Assembly: GCF_009914755.1 (NCBI RefSeq)
Contig: NC_060937.1
Reading direction: 5' to 3' (one strand)
Length of the DNA stretch: 64,000 nucleotides
Origin: the human T2T-CHM13v2.0 reference genome, Homo sapiens
A program made the translations under genes and the position numbers. The notes under the pieces are model-generated. The model ran no database searches and was not told the origin of the DNA. It worked only from the letters and a program-made list of their open reading frames with translations. Below, piece after piece: positions 13,801-29,150 of the stretch. Each line of letters opens with the position of its first letter. The stretch's first letter is position 1.

Positions 13801-13919
13801 GAAATAAAGAAAGAAAGAAAAGAAAAGAAAGAAAAAAAGAAAGAAAGGAAGGAAGGAAGAAAGGAAGGAAAGAAAGAAAGGAAGAAAGAAAAAAAGAAAG
13901 GAAAAGAAAGAAAGAAAGG
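13795..13919 (+). repeat. (GAAA)n/(GGAA)n microsatellite derived from the Alu tail
   Basis: Uninterrupted purines from 13806 to 13919. Confidence 0.95.
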
Positions 13920-15554
13920 TACACATTTGTCAATTGTATTGTTTTCACAATAGACAATACAATACAGGAGTAAGGAAAAAAGAAGTGCATTCAGCTTAAT
14001 GATGAGCATAAACAAAGTCTGTGTCCTGTAAAGGATTTAAGAAACTGGTATTATTTAAGTATAAGTGTATGAGCAAGGCATAAGGGAGTTGAGGCTGAAG
14101 AATGAAACAAAAACACAATTGTGTAGTGCTTTGAATTATTGTATGGCCCACTTTTGTCACTAATAAATAATTATACAAAATATCACAGCTATTTCTGCAG
14201 AAACATGCTTATAATTATTGTAATGAATAGTTGTTTCCATATTACTGTCTTTTGATGTCACACTTTATGTATTTTTTAGTGCTTTATGGAAAAGTATCAC
14301 ATAATGTTAAATCTTTTGTTACATACTAATATAAAAAAAGTCACTATAATAGAATGTGTAACAAGGCAACACTCTAAAAAAGTGAATTTTAAGGACTGTT
14401 AGACATTTCTCTTTAAAGTTACTTCTGGAAGTTAAATATCCTATTTTATTTTTAAAAATAATATTATCAAATATGTCCTTCATCTCTTTTAGTCTTAACC
14501 TCATTCTTTACAATTCCATTTTAAACAATATTAAACTTTATAGTTACTGCCACTGTGAAAAAAGCTAGGATTCCTTCCAGGGCATTTTCATGTATAAATC
14601 TTATCTTCAAAGGAAATACTCCATTGCTGGATTTCATTCATCTATACTACTGGAAGCTATCCAAGATGTTAAGGACCAATTTAATAAATTGGTTTTTACG
14701 AAATTCATAGAGGCTATTATCTTCATTTATTTGACATCAAAACATGTCTTTCTTTTTAATCATTAGAAGATTAATTACAACCATGGTCAGCCAGCATGGA
14801 ATGGAGGTAATTTCATATTGAAATAATAAGAAACACATAACATATCCTATGGCAATACATACTGATCTCTGTAGAGTTCAGCAAAGTGATTTGGATGTTT
14901 TAATTGAAACAACTCTAATTGACTCCTACAGTTCTATTTATAAACTAACATTTAGGACATTAGAACAGGCAGATATCATAAAATATTCTTTCTAAGTATA
15001 TATGATTCAGAGATATGGACAGATATTTAGACACATTATACTTCATATAAAACACATTTAGAATTAGATATAAATTTCCCCAGGTATTTCATTTATAATT
15101 AATATATAGATATATGGATGTTTTCCATTTTCTAAGAAATCTTAAGAATTTTGTGTTCTAGGTGACACAGCATTTTGCAATATCCAATGATTATTTTGCT
15201 ACATTACAGAATGACATTTCCTAAGTGTTCATTCTTAAAATATAAAAATGTTCAATTTTTAATTGTTCACAATAATCCACCTTCCCCATCTTGGTTTTGT
15301 AGTAATATAAGGAGAAAGAAAGAAATCTGTGATTTAATGAGGCAAGATCTAATTAATGCCTGGATTGCATAATCATATCATGAAAGACCAGATAGGCAGT
15401 CAGATGCCACCCTGTCCAACACTTCTTCAGCCCAATGAGGCTATGCTCTTCTCTGAAAGTTCTCAAGTGTCCTATTTATTTTTTCCCTTATCTCAAATAA
15501 TCACAATCTTGAAAGTCTTCTAACAACTTATCTTCTAACAACTTATGATGAAAA

Positions 15555-15790
15555 TGATAACAGTTATCAAGCACTTCTTATGTGTTAAAACTTTTTAATT
15601 GCTAAATCATTTTGTCCTTGCAGCAATTCTTAAAATGAGAAATCCTATTTTTATTCTAATTTTTGTGATAATGGAACTGAAGAACCAAAGGAAAGTAATT
15701 AAATTTTCTATAGCTGTACAGCAAGTAAGAAAGAGAGCCAGGTTCTGAACATTGGCCACCTGGCTCTAGGCAATGCCCTCTCCCTCCTTC
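15555..15790 (-). mobile_element. MIR
   Basis: ttatcaagcacttcttatgtg...ggaactgaag...acagcaagtaagaaagagagccaggttctgaac. Confidence 0.65.
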
Positions 15791-16529
15791 CATGAACCAG
15801 AAACAATAAAATGAGGTAATTCACTGGCATTCCATTACCTACAAACTGTATGTAAGACAAACAGGATAGTCACGGCACCCCATCTCTTAAGCGGAAACAT
15901 ATTTATTTGAGTAACAGTGTGGAGGAAAAAAAAAAAGCAGTGTTTATTTACTTTTTCCAGGCATGAATACCCTTATCTTGTGAATGTCTTTTAAGATAGA
16001 TGCAAGGGCAGTGCTTGGTGCAAAGGATGACAAATGGAGTTAGTGAGCAGATCTTAGCCAGCCTATGAGCTTCATCATCATTTTCATAAGTCCTTTCAAA
16101 CAGTAACCTTGCTAAATAAATACAATTTCATCATTAGTCTCTTAGCATGCGCAAGGCTTTCACCTATACTTTTAACCAGAAAGCTTCTCATAATTCTGTT
16201 TTATAGAAAATGCTGTGAATGACAGCAGATGTATGGGTACTGGCTTATTCTTAAAACACAAACAACCAAAAATGAAACAACAAAAACAAAAAAATTCAGC
16301 TTTAATAGGCAACTTCGAGTTGCTGGTCTGTGTAAAGGAAGAAGAGAGAAGAAACTCATCTCACTGTATCATGTGGTCATTTAATGAGTTATTGTAAATA
16401 TTCAGCCAACAAAATTGTGTCCACATATGAGATATTTTCTAGTTATTTTCTTCTATATTCTTAATTAGGTCTTCAAGTTTAGGTGCCTCATTAAATAATA
16501 TACACAGCAAATTTATTTATCTTTTTGTA

Positions 16530-18750
<2,221 letters not shown>

Positions 18751-19089
18751 GATTGTGATTTTGTAAGTATTTATGAGGATACATTTGAGTGCACAAAAAT
18801 GAATGCACACCTATGAATTGTCAGGGTCTCCAGAAAATTCTCCATTCCTAGTAATTTTCTATTTACTCAACTAAAACCTGATCCTCTCTAGCCGCATAAC
18901 ATGCTCATCTTTATGTCAGAATTACTTCTGCCTTTTCACCTTAATCTGGACACAAAAAAATGCACCAACTTTCTGTCCTCAATTGTATGAAACTACACAC
19001 ACTTATCCTCCAACCAACCAAAACCCTAAGTAGACAAAATCGTATATAAATCCTTCCATCTCAAAAGGAGTAAAACAGTTCCTTCCTCA

Positions 19090-19850
19090 AATGATGTTTT
19101 GTGCTACCTTATATTGCAAATAAAGACTGAAGATTTTCTTGTTTAATACTAGCATTATAAACAAAAGTTTCACCACTCTTTGTTTTCACATTTAATACTA
19201 AACTCCAGAGATCACTCCATGTTTGTGCCTTTTGATATTTCTCTTTAAATTTTTAAAGCTGCCTAGTATACTATTAGAGATTTTACATAATGTATTTAAT
19301 TGGTACCCTAATAACTGACAATTAATTATGTTATTTATAAAATCATATTATTACAAGAAGTGCTGAAAATACTGAACACATGTGTATGATTTTTATAATT
19401 TTACAAATGCATCTTTAGGATAAGTTTTTTTTGGTTCAAGTGTTACAACTCCTTTGTAAGAGTTGTACTATTTTGCAATTCACACTAACAACATATAAGA
19501 GTGCCTGTTTTTCTTCAGCCTTGCCATATAATCAGTAAATTTTTGGACTTTTTGATAATTTCCTCAGTAAAAAATAGTTTTGTGGTATAATTTTAATTTA
19601 CATTTCTTTTATTTTTAGCAAACTGGACTTTTTTTTACATATACACAAGAGAGAGATCTTTACATTTCCACCAATGGACTATCTTTTCTTGTGTCTGGTT
19701 ACAGAGTTGTTGACAATTTTATTCTGTATTTTCCAAAGCTCTTTGTTACAGATTAAAATTGTTTTAAGTTTTATTTCTAAGGCCACTCAGATAAAGCCAA
19801 TTGTTGGTATATTGAACAATTATCTCAACAAAAGACATATTTGGAAGTTT
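19090..19850 (-). mobile_element. Old L1M ORF2-end/3' fragment
   Basis: agttgtactattttgcaattcacactaacaacatataagagtgcctgttttt and ttttaatttacatttctttt. Confidence 0.65.
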
Positions 19851-19889
19851 GTCTTTATCACATTGCACTACTATTTACAGTGAACTTTT

Positions 19890-20347
19890 AACATAACATA
19901 GCCCAGTATTTTTTTTTAATCACTCTTGAAATGGGGAAAAGTTTTCCACATTTTGAATCTTGAATCTTTAAAACAGAAGATAAATATTTACATCTCCAAC
20001 TTCTGTGGCAACAAGGATACAGTCTAGCCTTAAAACAACCCAAAGAAGCAGGTGCTATTCAGAATCCACTTTTGCAAAAGAGCCCAGTCTATCAAGGTGG
20101 CAGTGACAGTGACGGTGGATACAATGGCCAGAGATGACAAGGTGAACTTCAGTGGCTGTGCCCTAGGGAAGCACCTATAGGGTCATGGCTGATAGCATCC
20201 CAGAATACCAGTGTTGTTTCTTTCTGACTAGGTGCCAAGCTTTTTTCCTCTCAACAATCCTGTTAGTTAAATTATATTTTGTAACAGATGTGATCCATAT
20301 TAAACAAACTATAGTGAGTTGTCTAACTATGAACCTTGACTGTTGTA
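19890..20347 (+). mobile_element. LTR33-like ERVL LTR (5' LTR)
   Basis: Ends aactatgaaccttgactgttgta and is followed directly by gaaattggcaccagaag, an ERVL PBS-like start. Confidence 0.55.
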
Positions 20348-21550
20348 GAAATTGGCACCAGAAGTTAACGATGGTTTGCAGCCAATGCTCATGAAATGAG
20401 ATCATGACATTTGAGAAAGTCATGAGCTCTTGTCTTTCTGAGTTTGAAGGGTTTGAGCTAGACTTAGCATTAAAAGTTGAGAATCTAATAAACTTCAGCA
20501 TACAAAGGCAAAATAGTTTTTTTTTTAATTAATACATGCTTTTGCTTCCTTATTAAACATTAGATTTTAGGGAACTGAGTAAATTCTGCCAAAGAACAGG
20601 GTAAGAGACATGAAGATTACCATGATTTAGTGTGCATTGGCTACTTAAACTAGAGGTTTAAAGAAAAAAACTCCAGTTCAAAATCTAACATTTGATTCAG
20701 GGTATGGTCTGATAAACACTAGCTTTCTCTGACTGATAACAGATGCTCTATTCCATTTTCCAATGTACTTTTGGTTCACTGCCAAATTATATCATTTGAA
20801 TTATTAGATATGTCAACTTTTTAAAGTGAAAGCTAAGGCATTTCCCAGGAAAAGGCTGGCACCCTAGGAATTGACATGGAACAGTGTGGGAGACTTGGAT
20901 GAGTATGAGGACCCCCATGGCCCACCTCTCCCTAACCCTCCCACTCCATCAGATGCAACACCTTTTTCCACCTGATGAGGCAATACTATCCTTGCTTAAT
21001 GGCCCTGTGGCAGCCCTTGCAAATGATTGCATATGGTCTCATGCTCAAGTCTCAAACCCCTCAGTCTCACAGCCTCCCACTATGATTATATTCCAATCCG
21101 TGTATATTCAGTAGCAGTGGATTTTCACATGAAATATGATATGCTTTAAAAATACAGGTGATGTTTTAGAATAGATTTTCATGGTATCAGGCCATGGAAG
21201 TTAGAATATAATCTTATATTAAATGAACATAGAAATATGGATAAACTTAGAGTTTACAGAATGTGCTTGCTCTGGCAGCCAAGAGAGATTCTTCTTTTTT
21301 TTGTTCATTTGGTTGTTTGAAACCGCTAATCTGAAAGTTTTTCCACAATAAATATTCCAAACAAACAAACCAAAACAAGATTCCTAAAATCAAAAAAGAA
21401 TAATTGAATGTGTTTAGCATGCTGATCCATTCACCAACCCTTGAGTTACCTAAGACACTCTCCCATGTCATTGAAGTCAGTGCCAGAGGATTTGAAAACA
21501 CTGTATTATATTTCCTGTAGACTAGAAAGGTGAATGACACAGATTGCAAT
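20348..21550 (+). mobile_element. ERVL-class internal region, decayed gag
   Basis: About 20826-20892 reads VKAKAF..GWHPRN*HGTVWE, similar to HERV-L gag VKVRALIGKEWDP.xWNGDxWE. Confidence 0.6.
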
Positions 21551-21799
21551 TAAAATATGCTTGTGGATATTATGCTTTGGCAGCTTTTATTTCTGTTTCC
21601 TTTGTTCCTTTGTTCAAGTTGCAGGTAATTTAAGGCTAAAATACCCATCCAACATCCCCTGACTCCACCAGAGCTTTGTTTCTGGATTTGATTTGTGTTT
21701 CTGCCAAAGATATGCACTGAATCCAGATTTGTCAAAAGAATTGACACAGAGACAGCAAATTCCATATCTTGAAATTTAGTTTGACTCTTTTTTAAAAAA

Positions 21800-22055
21800 A
21801 AATTGTGTGTATTTGATTGGTGTATGTAGTTACGGGATACACAAGATATTTTGATATAAGCATACAATGAATAATAATCACATCTGGGTAAATGAGGTAC
21901 CCTTCACCTCAAGCATTTATCATTTTTCTTTGTATCACAAACATTCAAATTATAATCTCTTAATTGAATTTAAATGTACAATAAATTATTACTGACTGTA
22001 ATCAATCAGCTGTTCTATCAAATACTAAATCTTATTCTAACCATATTTTTTACTT
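21800..22055 (-). mobile_element. L1MA2/3-type 3' end
   Basis: ttttgatataagcatacaatgaataataatcacatc...cacctcaagcatttatc...aaatgtacaataaattatt. Confidence 0.85.
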
Positions 22056-22079
22056 TTTTAAGAAATAAATCACCAGCCA

Positions 22080-24060
22080 ACTTGCAGAGTTAAACAGAGA
22101 TCTTTTTGGAACTAGTAATCGGGATAACTGGTAAGATATTCTCTCTTCAGGTCTTTTTTCTGCTTCAGTTATGGAGTTGCAATGTCTGTGAAAATATGTA
22201 TCTATGGCCAGCTCATAGCTGAGTGAAGTTATTTGTGATTTTGGTCCTGGAATTTAAAACTCAAGGACTTTTTATTTTATACCCTTTGAGTGGCAGTGTT
22301 CCCCTTTTACTGGACCTTAGTGAAAGCAAATCATCTTGCAGAAGAGAACATTATTTTACTCAAATAACACTTCCCCATACTGCAATGGATTGCTTCTGAA
22401 CCAAAACTACATAATGTGAGTATAAGAATTATCTGTAAAATATAAATGTCACATCCAATCAATGGCTCAAAACCTTATAACCCTGAAAAAAATGAGCAGC
22501 TGCTTACATAATTTGGAATATAAAAATGGTCTCATTTGCTGTTTGCTTTTTTTAAAATCACTGTTCTAATGGGTGCTACTTACAAGATTACTATCTGATA
22601 CAAAACCACAATTCTGTTGTAGGATAGCTCATTTATAAGATGAGACAATTCAAAATCATACTACAGTACAATTCTTCCCAACTATGGAAAATTGGTGACA
22701 GCCCACAGTACTGTATGTTCAGTGGACTAGAATAAGCTCCAGTCAGCATTCTTTGCCATAGATTATGCCACTGAAATTTACTGGAACGTACCACTGTAAC
22801 TGGCATTGTTAACAGCTCTGACAAATGTCTTCAAACTTTCTATTCCTAGACTATTAGAGGGAGATCATATGAAGAGTCAATTTCAATGGAGGCAAATACA
22901 ACAAGTATGTGCCCCCCAGAAGGGACATATCTGGAAGAAAGCAACAGAAGAAATAATGCAGATCAGTGTTTATATTAGCTCACTGGATCCACACTTAAAT
23001 TTGCCAGGAAAATATAGGTACCATGAAGACATTTGGTGCTAAATGAGGGATTTGTGGGGCAAACCACCGAGGCTCACAAGGCAGAGGCTATGTGGATGGA
23101 CATGTTTTGAAGAGATCTTAGCACATAATTTGTGGACATGGACCAGCTTGTAATTGCCAGATAGACTTGGCAAAACTCTATTCTCAAACAGGTGCCAATT
23201 ATGGATTATGTTTTCCATATACATTTTGTCAGAATCTGAAGATGTCATGCCTCTTGCAGGAGCAGGCAGCACATACATACAATGAAATTCCTAAATGACT
23301 TTTTTCCCTCTTTGTCCTATGATTGAAGATATTACAATCAAACAATAAGATTCTTTTTGTAGCTACTCAGGAATGAATACCTTAGCATAGTACTGCAGTG
23401 TAATTGATTGTTCAATGCCTGCCGTTACCCATAGGCAACACGCACTAATGGCTTTCTAAAATACATTTTACATGCTTGCTGGTCCAGCTGTGCTCTGATG
23501 TTGACACTCTGAACATTAATATAACCTGAAAAGCCCCCTCTGACTTGGCCAAGGTTTTAAGTACTTTCTAGCACAGTAGGGAAAACCAGTGGAAATTGTT
23601 CTATCTGGTATGTTAGGAAAGAATTTCTGCACCTTATCTCTAGGCATTCATCTCCATTTTCTGCTCCCAAAGTGACTCCAGTGAATGGCAAAGGAGGTTC
23701 ACATTGCTTAAATTGGGGATAAGTAGATAAGACAAGCACAGTATTAATTCTCTTTGTCCTTCAGGATGGTCCTACTAGCCTCTCCCCTGAAGAAATAACT
23801 ATAATGATAGACCCACTTGGAGTGATTATACATTTTTGTTGAATGTCCACTCTGAAGGTGGAAAATATTTCCCTAGTCATTGTCCCTTATCAGAGGATTC
23901 CACATGCTGAGCATGTGCTTATCCATTTTCGGGAGCACTATTTGTGAACCCAGTGATTCACTCCTGTCTTCATTAGACTTTATTTCTCCAAGAAAAAGGT
24001 ACAGTGTGGCCAATCCCAGCAAGAATAACAAAGCGCCATTAATCAAGATTAAACAAATTG
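22080..24060 (+). mobile_element. ERVL-class pol relic (connection, RNase H, integrase)
   Basis: PILQWIASEPKLHNVS at 22374; QWRQ..HIWKKA..VYISSLDPH in the 22806-23042 ORF; HIICGHGPACNCQID at 23122; NYGLCFP; QSNNKILFVA at 23335; NGFLK at 23447. The order is collinear with HERV-L pol. Confidence 0.7.
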
Positions 24061-25544
24061 TATTCACAGAAGAAAGGAGGAAACTCATAGAGGAAGTGAG
24101 TGTTTACATTGAAAACATTTGTCATTCTCAGTTTGTATTCCATATACAGGCAGCTAGCCTTGAACAGCCTCCTCTGACTATGGTAGTCAGTACAGACAGC
24201 TCAGCTCACAACATGTATTTATTATAATGTTAAATTTGTCATGCTCAGCATTACATGGCACAAAAGTGGTTTTGTGAAACCACTTCCAGATAATGCCTTG
24301 GGAATCCCTTCTTTCTAAAATTACCAGAGGCTCCAGTTTGTTCTTGATAGTATTCCAAATAGTCATACTAATGTGTCAAGCTCTCTTAATCTTCTCCAGA
24401 AGACAAATGCTCTCATTTTTCTTCTTGGCTTCTAGTATGTTGTACCTCTAATATTATTAAAAATTGATGAATATTTTACTTAAAGTCAAATGAATTACTT
24501 TTCCAGATAAAGAAGTTTATGTTAGATGATCTCCTATGGGCCAAGTGTTATACTGAGGAATGATGTAAGTTTTATCTCAGATGGCCATGAGGTTGGCCCT
24601 GATCCCAGCTCACCTAGGAATTCCAAATCTTCCAGCTGATTTTAGCAGCATTCATATGTAATTTCCCTAACTGAGCTCCAAAGACATTTCAAGGTTGTTT
24701 CCTGAATTTAAAGTCCTCTGTTTCCTCGAAAGGAGTTCTCTTCACAGTATATTCATCTTTGCTGCCACAATTAAACCACTCTTTTAAATAACTATGGGAG
24801 CTAAAATAATTCTGTGCTCTTTGATCTTTCTCTGCTCAGACATTCTCAATCTGATAATTACTATTTTGTTTTGTTTACATGGAGATAACTGTATACCTTG
24901 GACAATATGCAATAAAACCTAAAGAACACAGTACTTCTTACCTGGAATGATTGCAAGGAGAAAAACTGCAAAGATAGGATTATGGAGGTGGTTATTTAAC
25001 CTGATTGGGAGACTGGTTGTATATAGGAACAGTGGGGGAAAAAAAATCAATCTATCATCTGGAATCAATTCTCTATTTCAAGAGAGTTAGCAAGCTAAGT
25101 GGCATAATAGGAATGAGAAATATAGAGAAAGTGAAGGCGATTGGCTGACTCTGCATTCACTGGAGCATTTAAAGAGAGCATGTTGACACTAGGTTGAAAT
25201 TATCTAACTGAAATAGGCAGCTAAATAAGTTTTTGAGTCACCACTCTAGAGTTCCAAATCCCTCAAGCATCCATCAAAACTTTACATACTGAAAGCAAGG
25301 GTTCTCAGCTTCTGCAAGATAAACCTTGAAATGCAGTTTTCTTTTCCTTATTTTTCCTCCACTCCCTAAATATGCTTTTGCAATTTTCTGTGGATAATTT
25401 ACACTTGAGGGTGAAAGTATGTTCAATTTAAGCTCCCCCTTCAGCAGAAATGGCTTAAATGATATTTCTTCCCACAGGCCGCAATAATCTTTATGACAGA
25501 TAAATGGCAACTTCAATGTATTGAGAAAATGCAATATTCCAGAC

Positions 25545-25690
25545 ATTTTTACATGCTAACACATATAATTCTCCCAAAACACTCTATGAGGTAAAAAAAA
25601 AAAAAAATTATCCCAATTTTACACTTGTGGAGTCTAAGGCTTACACAGGTTAAATAACTTGCTTGGGGTTGTAAACCCAAGTGAAATTTT
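25545..25690 (-). mobile_element. MIR
   Basis: actctatgaggta...ttatcccaattttaca...aaggcttacacaggttaaataacttgc. Confidence 0.75.
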
Positions 25691-25791
25691 TAGAGTGGCA
25701 TTGACTTGTTTGCTGAGCTGTGCTGAATGTCTCCTTCTACCTTCTAGACTGTTTTAGTATTCATTCATTCCAGCTAACTTGTACTCTTGGA

Positions 25792-26098
<307 letters not shown>

Positions 26099-26229
26099 TG
26101 AATCTTTATAAACTTCTACACTATTCACTCATGGCTGCTCTATTAACATTTTTTTTCTATTTCTGTGAATTTAAAATAGAATGCTTTGACACATTGGTGT
26201 ACCATTGTGAACGAAGTACATCACAAAGT

Positions 26230-27500
26230 TTCTGTTTCTGGCTAAGATGGAGTACGTAGGAAGATAATTACCCTCCCACCTGAAGCAACAAAAAATGGAT
26301 AAAATAAATTTAAAATGGTTTTCAGGCTATGGAACAAGGAGAAGAAACACCAATGAAGATTGATGTATTCCCTGAGTTGTAAGAATAGAGCTGAGAGTCC
26401 AGGAAAACATCAGCTAGATGCCAATGGGCTGAATGTTTGTGTCTACCCAAAATTTCTAAGTGGAACCCTAAATCCCTAATGTGATGGTATTTGGAGATGA
26501 GCCTTTGGAGAGTGATTAGGTCTTGATGGTGGAGCTCTTAGATGGGAGTAGTGCCATTATAAACAGAGAGAGGAGAGCTTGCTTCCTCTCTTTTCTGACG
26601 GCAAAATAAAGACACAGAGAAGATGGTCATCTGCAAACCAGAAAGAGAGCCCTTACCAGACACTGGATCTGCTGGTGTCTTGACCTTGGACTTGCCAGCC
26701 TCCAAAACTATAGGAAGTAAATTTTTGTTGTTTAAGCTACGCAGTCTATGGTATTCTTTTATAGCAGCCTGACCTAATGCACTAGAAATCACAGGACAGA
26801 AAGGCAAACATGAGGAAGTCAAGAGATTTCTCAGAGGATTATCCCCAAGTGTTCAGCAGAATGCTGAATGGCACACATGTGAGAGAAAACTATCAAAGAT
26901 TAGGAAAGCACTAAAAAAGATTAGAATAATAGTGTCTGGCACACAAAAAGTATAAGGAATAGCTTATGTTAACACTGGCCAAACTGGAAAGGCTCATAAT
27001 TCATGAATAACTGGATAGAGTCCTAAGAGGTGTTTTCCTTCCGTAGCTGGTAACAAAATAATTAACACTATACCAAATCCAGGTCTTGTTTCTCCTGGCA
27101 AATATCAATATCAAGATATAAAATATCATATCACACGAGAACAAAGCTCAGAAATATTGAATACAAACAGTCAGCACTCAAAAATGTAAAATTCACATTA
27201 TGTTGCTGCTAATTACAAAATATCAGACTCTCAAAGAACCAGGAATATACAACCCAAGGCTGAAAAACATAAATTACTCAAAACTGATTAAAATATGACA
27301 GAAATCTTATGCAACAATATTTAAAAATTTTTCTTACAAATGTATTCTGTTCATTTGTTAAGCAGACAAATGTAAAGCATAAAAGAAGGACCCAAATCAA
27401 ACTTTGAGATGAGAAGCAAAATCAATGAGATCAAAATATACCCGGTGTGATAAAATCAGATATTTTGGAGGGAAAGATTAATGAACCTGAAAACACAGCT
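26230..27500 (+). mobile_element. Old L1M (L1ME/M4-type) 5' region, interrupted by MLT1A
   Basis: ttctggctaagatggagta...ttaccctcccacctgaagcaac start; ORF1-like gaaagattaatgaacctgaaaacacag. Confidence 0.65.
26419..26781 (+). mobile_element. MLT1A/MLT1A0 solo LTR
   Basis: TG...CA ends, perfect 5-bp TSD ctaga (26414-18 and 26782-86), gaccttggacttgccagcctccaaaact. Confidence 0.92.
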
Positions 27501-27929
27501 GATTTAGAGAGAAGTATCCTGCACGTAGAATAGTGTTCAATCTGTTCCTAATGCCAACAGTTATAAACCATTATAAATTAAATGGACATTTAAATGGCTT
27601 AACATAAAACAACAGCAACAAAAAACAAAATAAAATGAAATTAATATGCAACTTTTATTAACGCTTTGCTGTTACGATTGCCAAATTAAATTTTCCTGAA
27701 ATATATCTTATTGAGTTTTATCTTCTTTAATTTAATATATTTTATGCATAAATAGAGAGGTAGGAAGGAAACAGGAAAAAAAGTATACATTTTCCAGAAT
27801 AGAGAAGGAAAATTGAAAATTTTATTTTTGTTGGTTGAACACTGTATTAGGATGAGATCATAAGATTCATATTCTTTAAGGAATAGGGTGTTTTAGTATG
27901 TTTGTGTCTCTGTGTGTAATAGACACAGC

Positions 27930-29150
27930 TAAGAAAATATTTTTAGAATGATAAAGCTATCCTATATGATACTATTATACTGGAATCATAGTTATATGAC
28001 TAGATACATTACACCATGCATTTGTTAAAACCCGTAAACCTATAAAACACAAAAATGAAACAATGTATACAAATTAAAGAAATACTGAAGAGTATCAGTA
28101 TCTCTGGATGGACTTCAGAATGTGCCAATAAAATCTAACAGTATTACAAATGTATGATACAACCTCACACAAGGAGGTGGGAGCTGAAGGTGCTGCACTG
28201 AGTCACTTTGTTTTTGAGTGGAAATGTAACTGCACAAGAATTGCACTTTAGTTGATAAAAATCATTCCCTATGGGGTTACAGGCTAACAATTCAGAAACC
28301 ACTAAACACGTTTACTGAAATTCAAACTTATAGTAAATAGATATTTGATGGTTAAATCAGTGTTTCTTACTACTGGACTGAGAAATTAAAAACAAGCAAC
28401 TGAGGAAGGCAAAATGTATCCAAGTGGTAAAATTTTAGAACAGGAGACATCAGAATGACTTCATGTTATCTTAATATAGATGTAGATGTATGCTCATATA
28501 AATTGTCATATATAAGGTATGTAAAATTCTTTGTATATACACATATTTCCTTGCTCTGTCAACTGAGACGGCCTAAAACGAAAGGCACCCAGAAGCAATG
28601 AACACATCTAGCACCCATATCTTTATTATGATATTATCATCCAATAAAAAATTAGTGCACCTTGGAGAAATGTGTGATTATAGGACTGGAAATGGAAATA
28701 TACAAGGTTAGACTGTATAACCTTGTAGTAATAGAATATGAAGATGTGCTCAAACAAAATAGAGCAAAACCAATCAAACAAACAAAGGACAAAAAAAAAA
28801 AAATCCCCCAAATATGAGTATGTTATAGGGAGACATTTACCAATGGAAAGATCTACTCATGGCCAAACCTGAAACAATAAAAACCACAAACTAATGTAGT
28901 ATTGTATTTTAACCGTTAATATAAAACAGTATTCATAATGTCATACTGATATAAATAAATCACTAAAAACTAAGTAAAACAGAGAAAATGGAAAAATCTC
29001 CTGTGCTGAAGAATTCTAATTTTTTCAAGTAGATTTTTTTTTTTCAAAGAGGTGGAGTGATAACTCCATACTCTTCAAATTTGGGTTATGTATAACTTTC
29101 TTCCAAAGAGTATAGTATGAGAAGAATGAAAAATGAATCATTTCACAGTA
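27930..29150 (+). mobile_element. L1MC3-type 3' UTR
   Basis: atgcatttgttaaaaccc, aatctaacagtattacaaatgtatgatacaacctcac and ttccttgctctgtcaactgaga landmarks. Confidence 0.75.

Noticed and set aside
13847-13870. GGAA microsatellite as an EWSR1-FLI1-type element
   Set aside because: There are at most three consecutive GGAA units, which is too short
13678-14015. F/S/L-rich and K/E/R-rich ORFs
   Set aside because: They are translations of the GAAA microsatellite and the Alu
14767-14807. Possible micro-exon (cattag|...gag|gtaatt)
   Set aside because: Weak splice signals, expected by chance in 64 kb
15516-15546. 15-bp tandem duplication tcttctaacaactta, and similar short duplications or hairpins near 1198, 2285, 23901, 54842 and 57536
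   Set aside because: Ordinary slippage or fold-back events with no higher-order pattern
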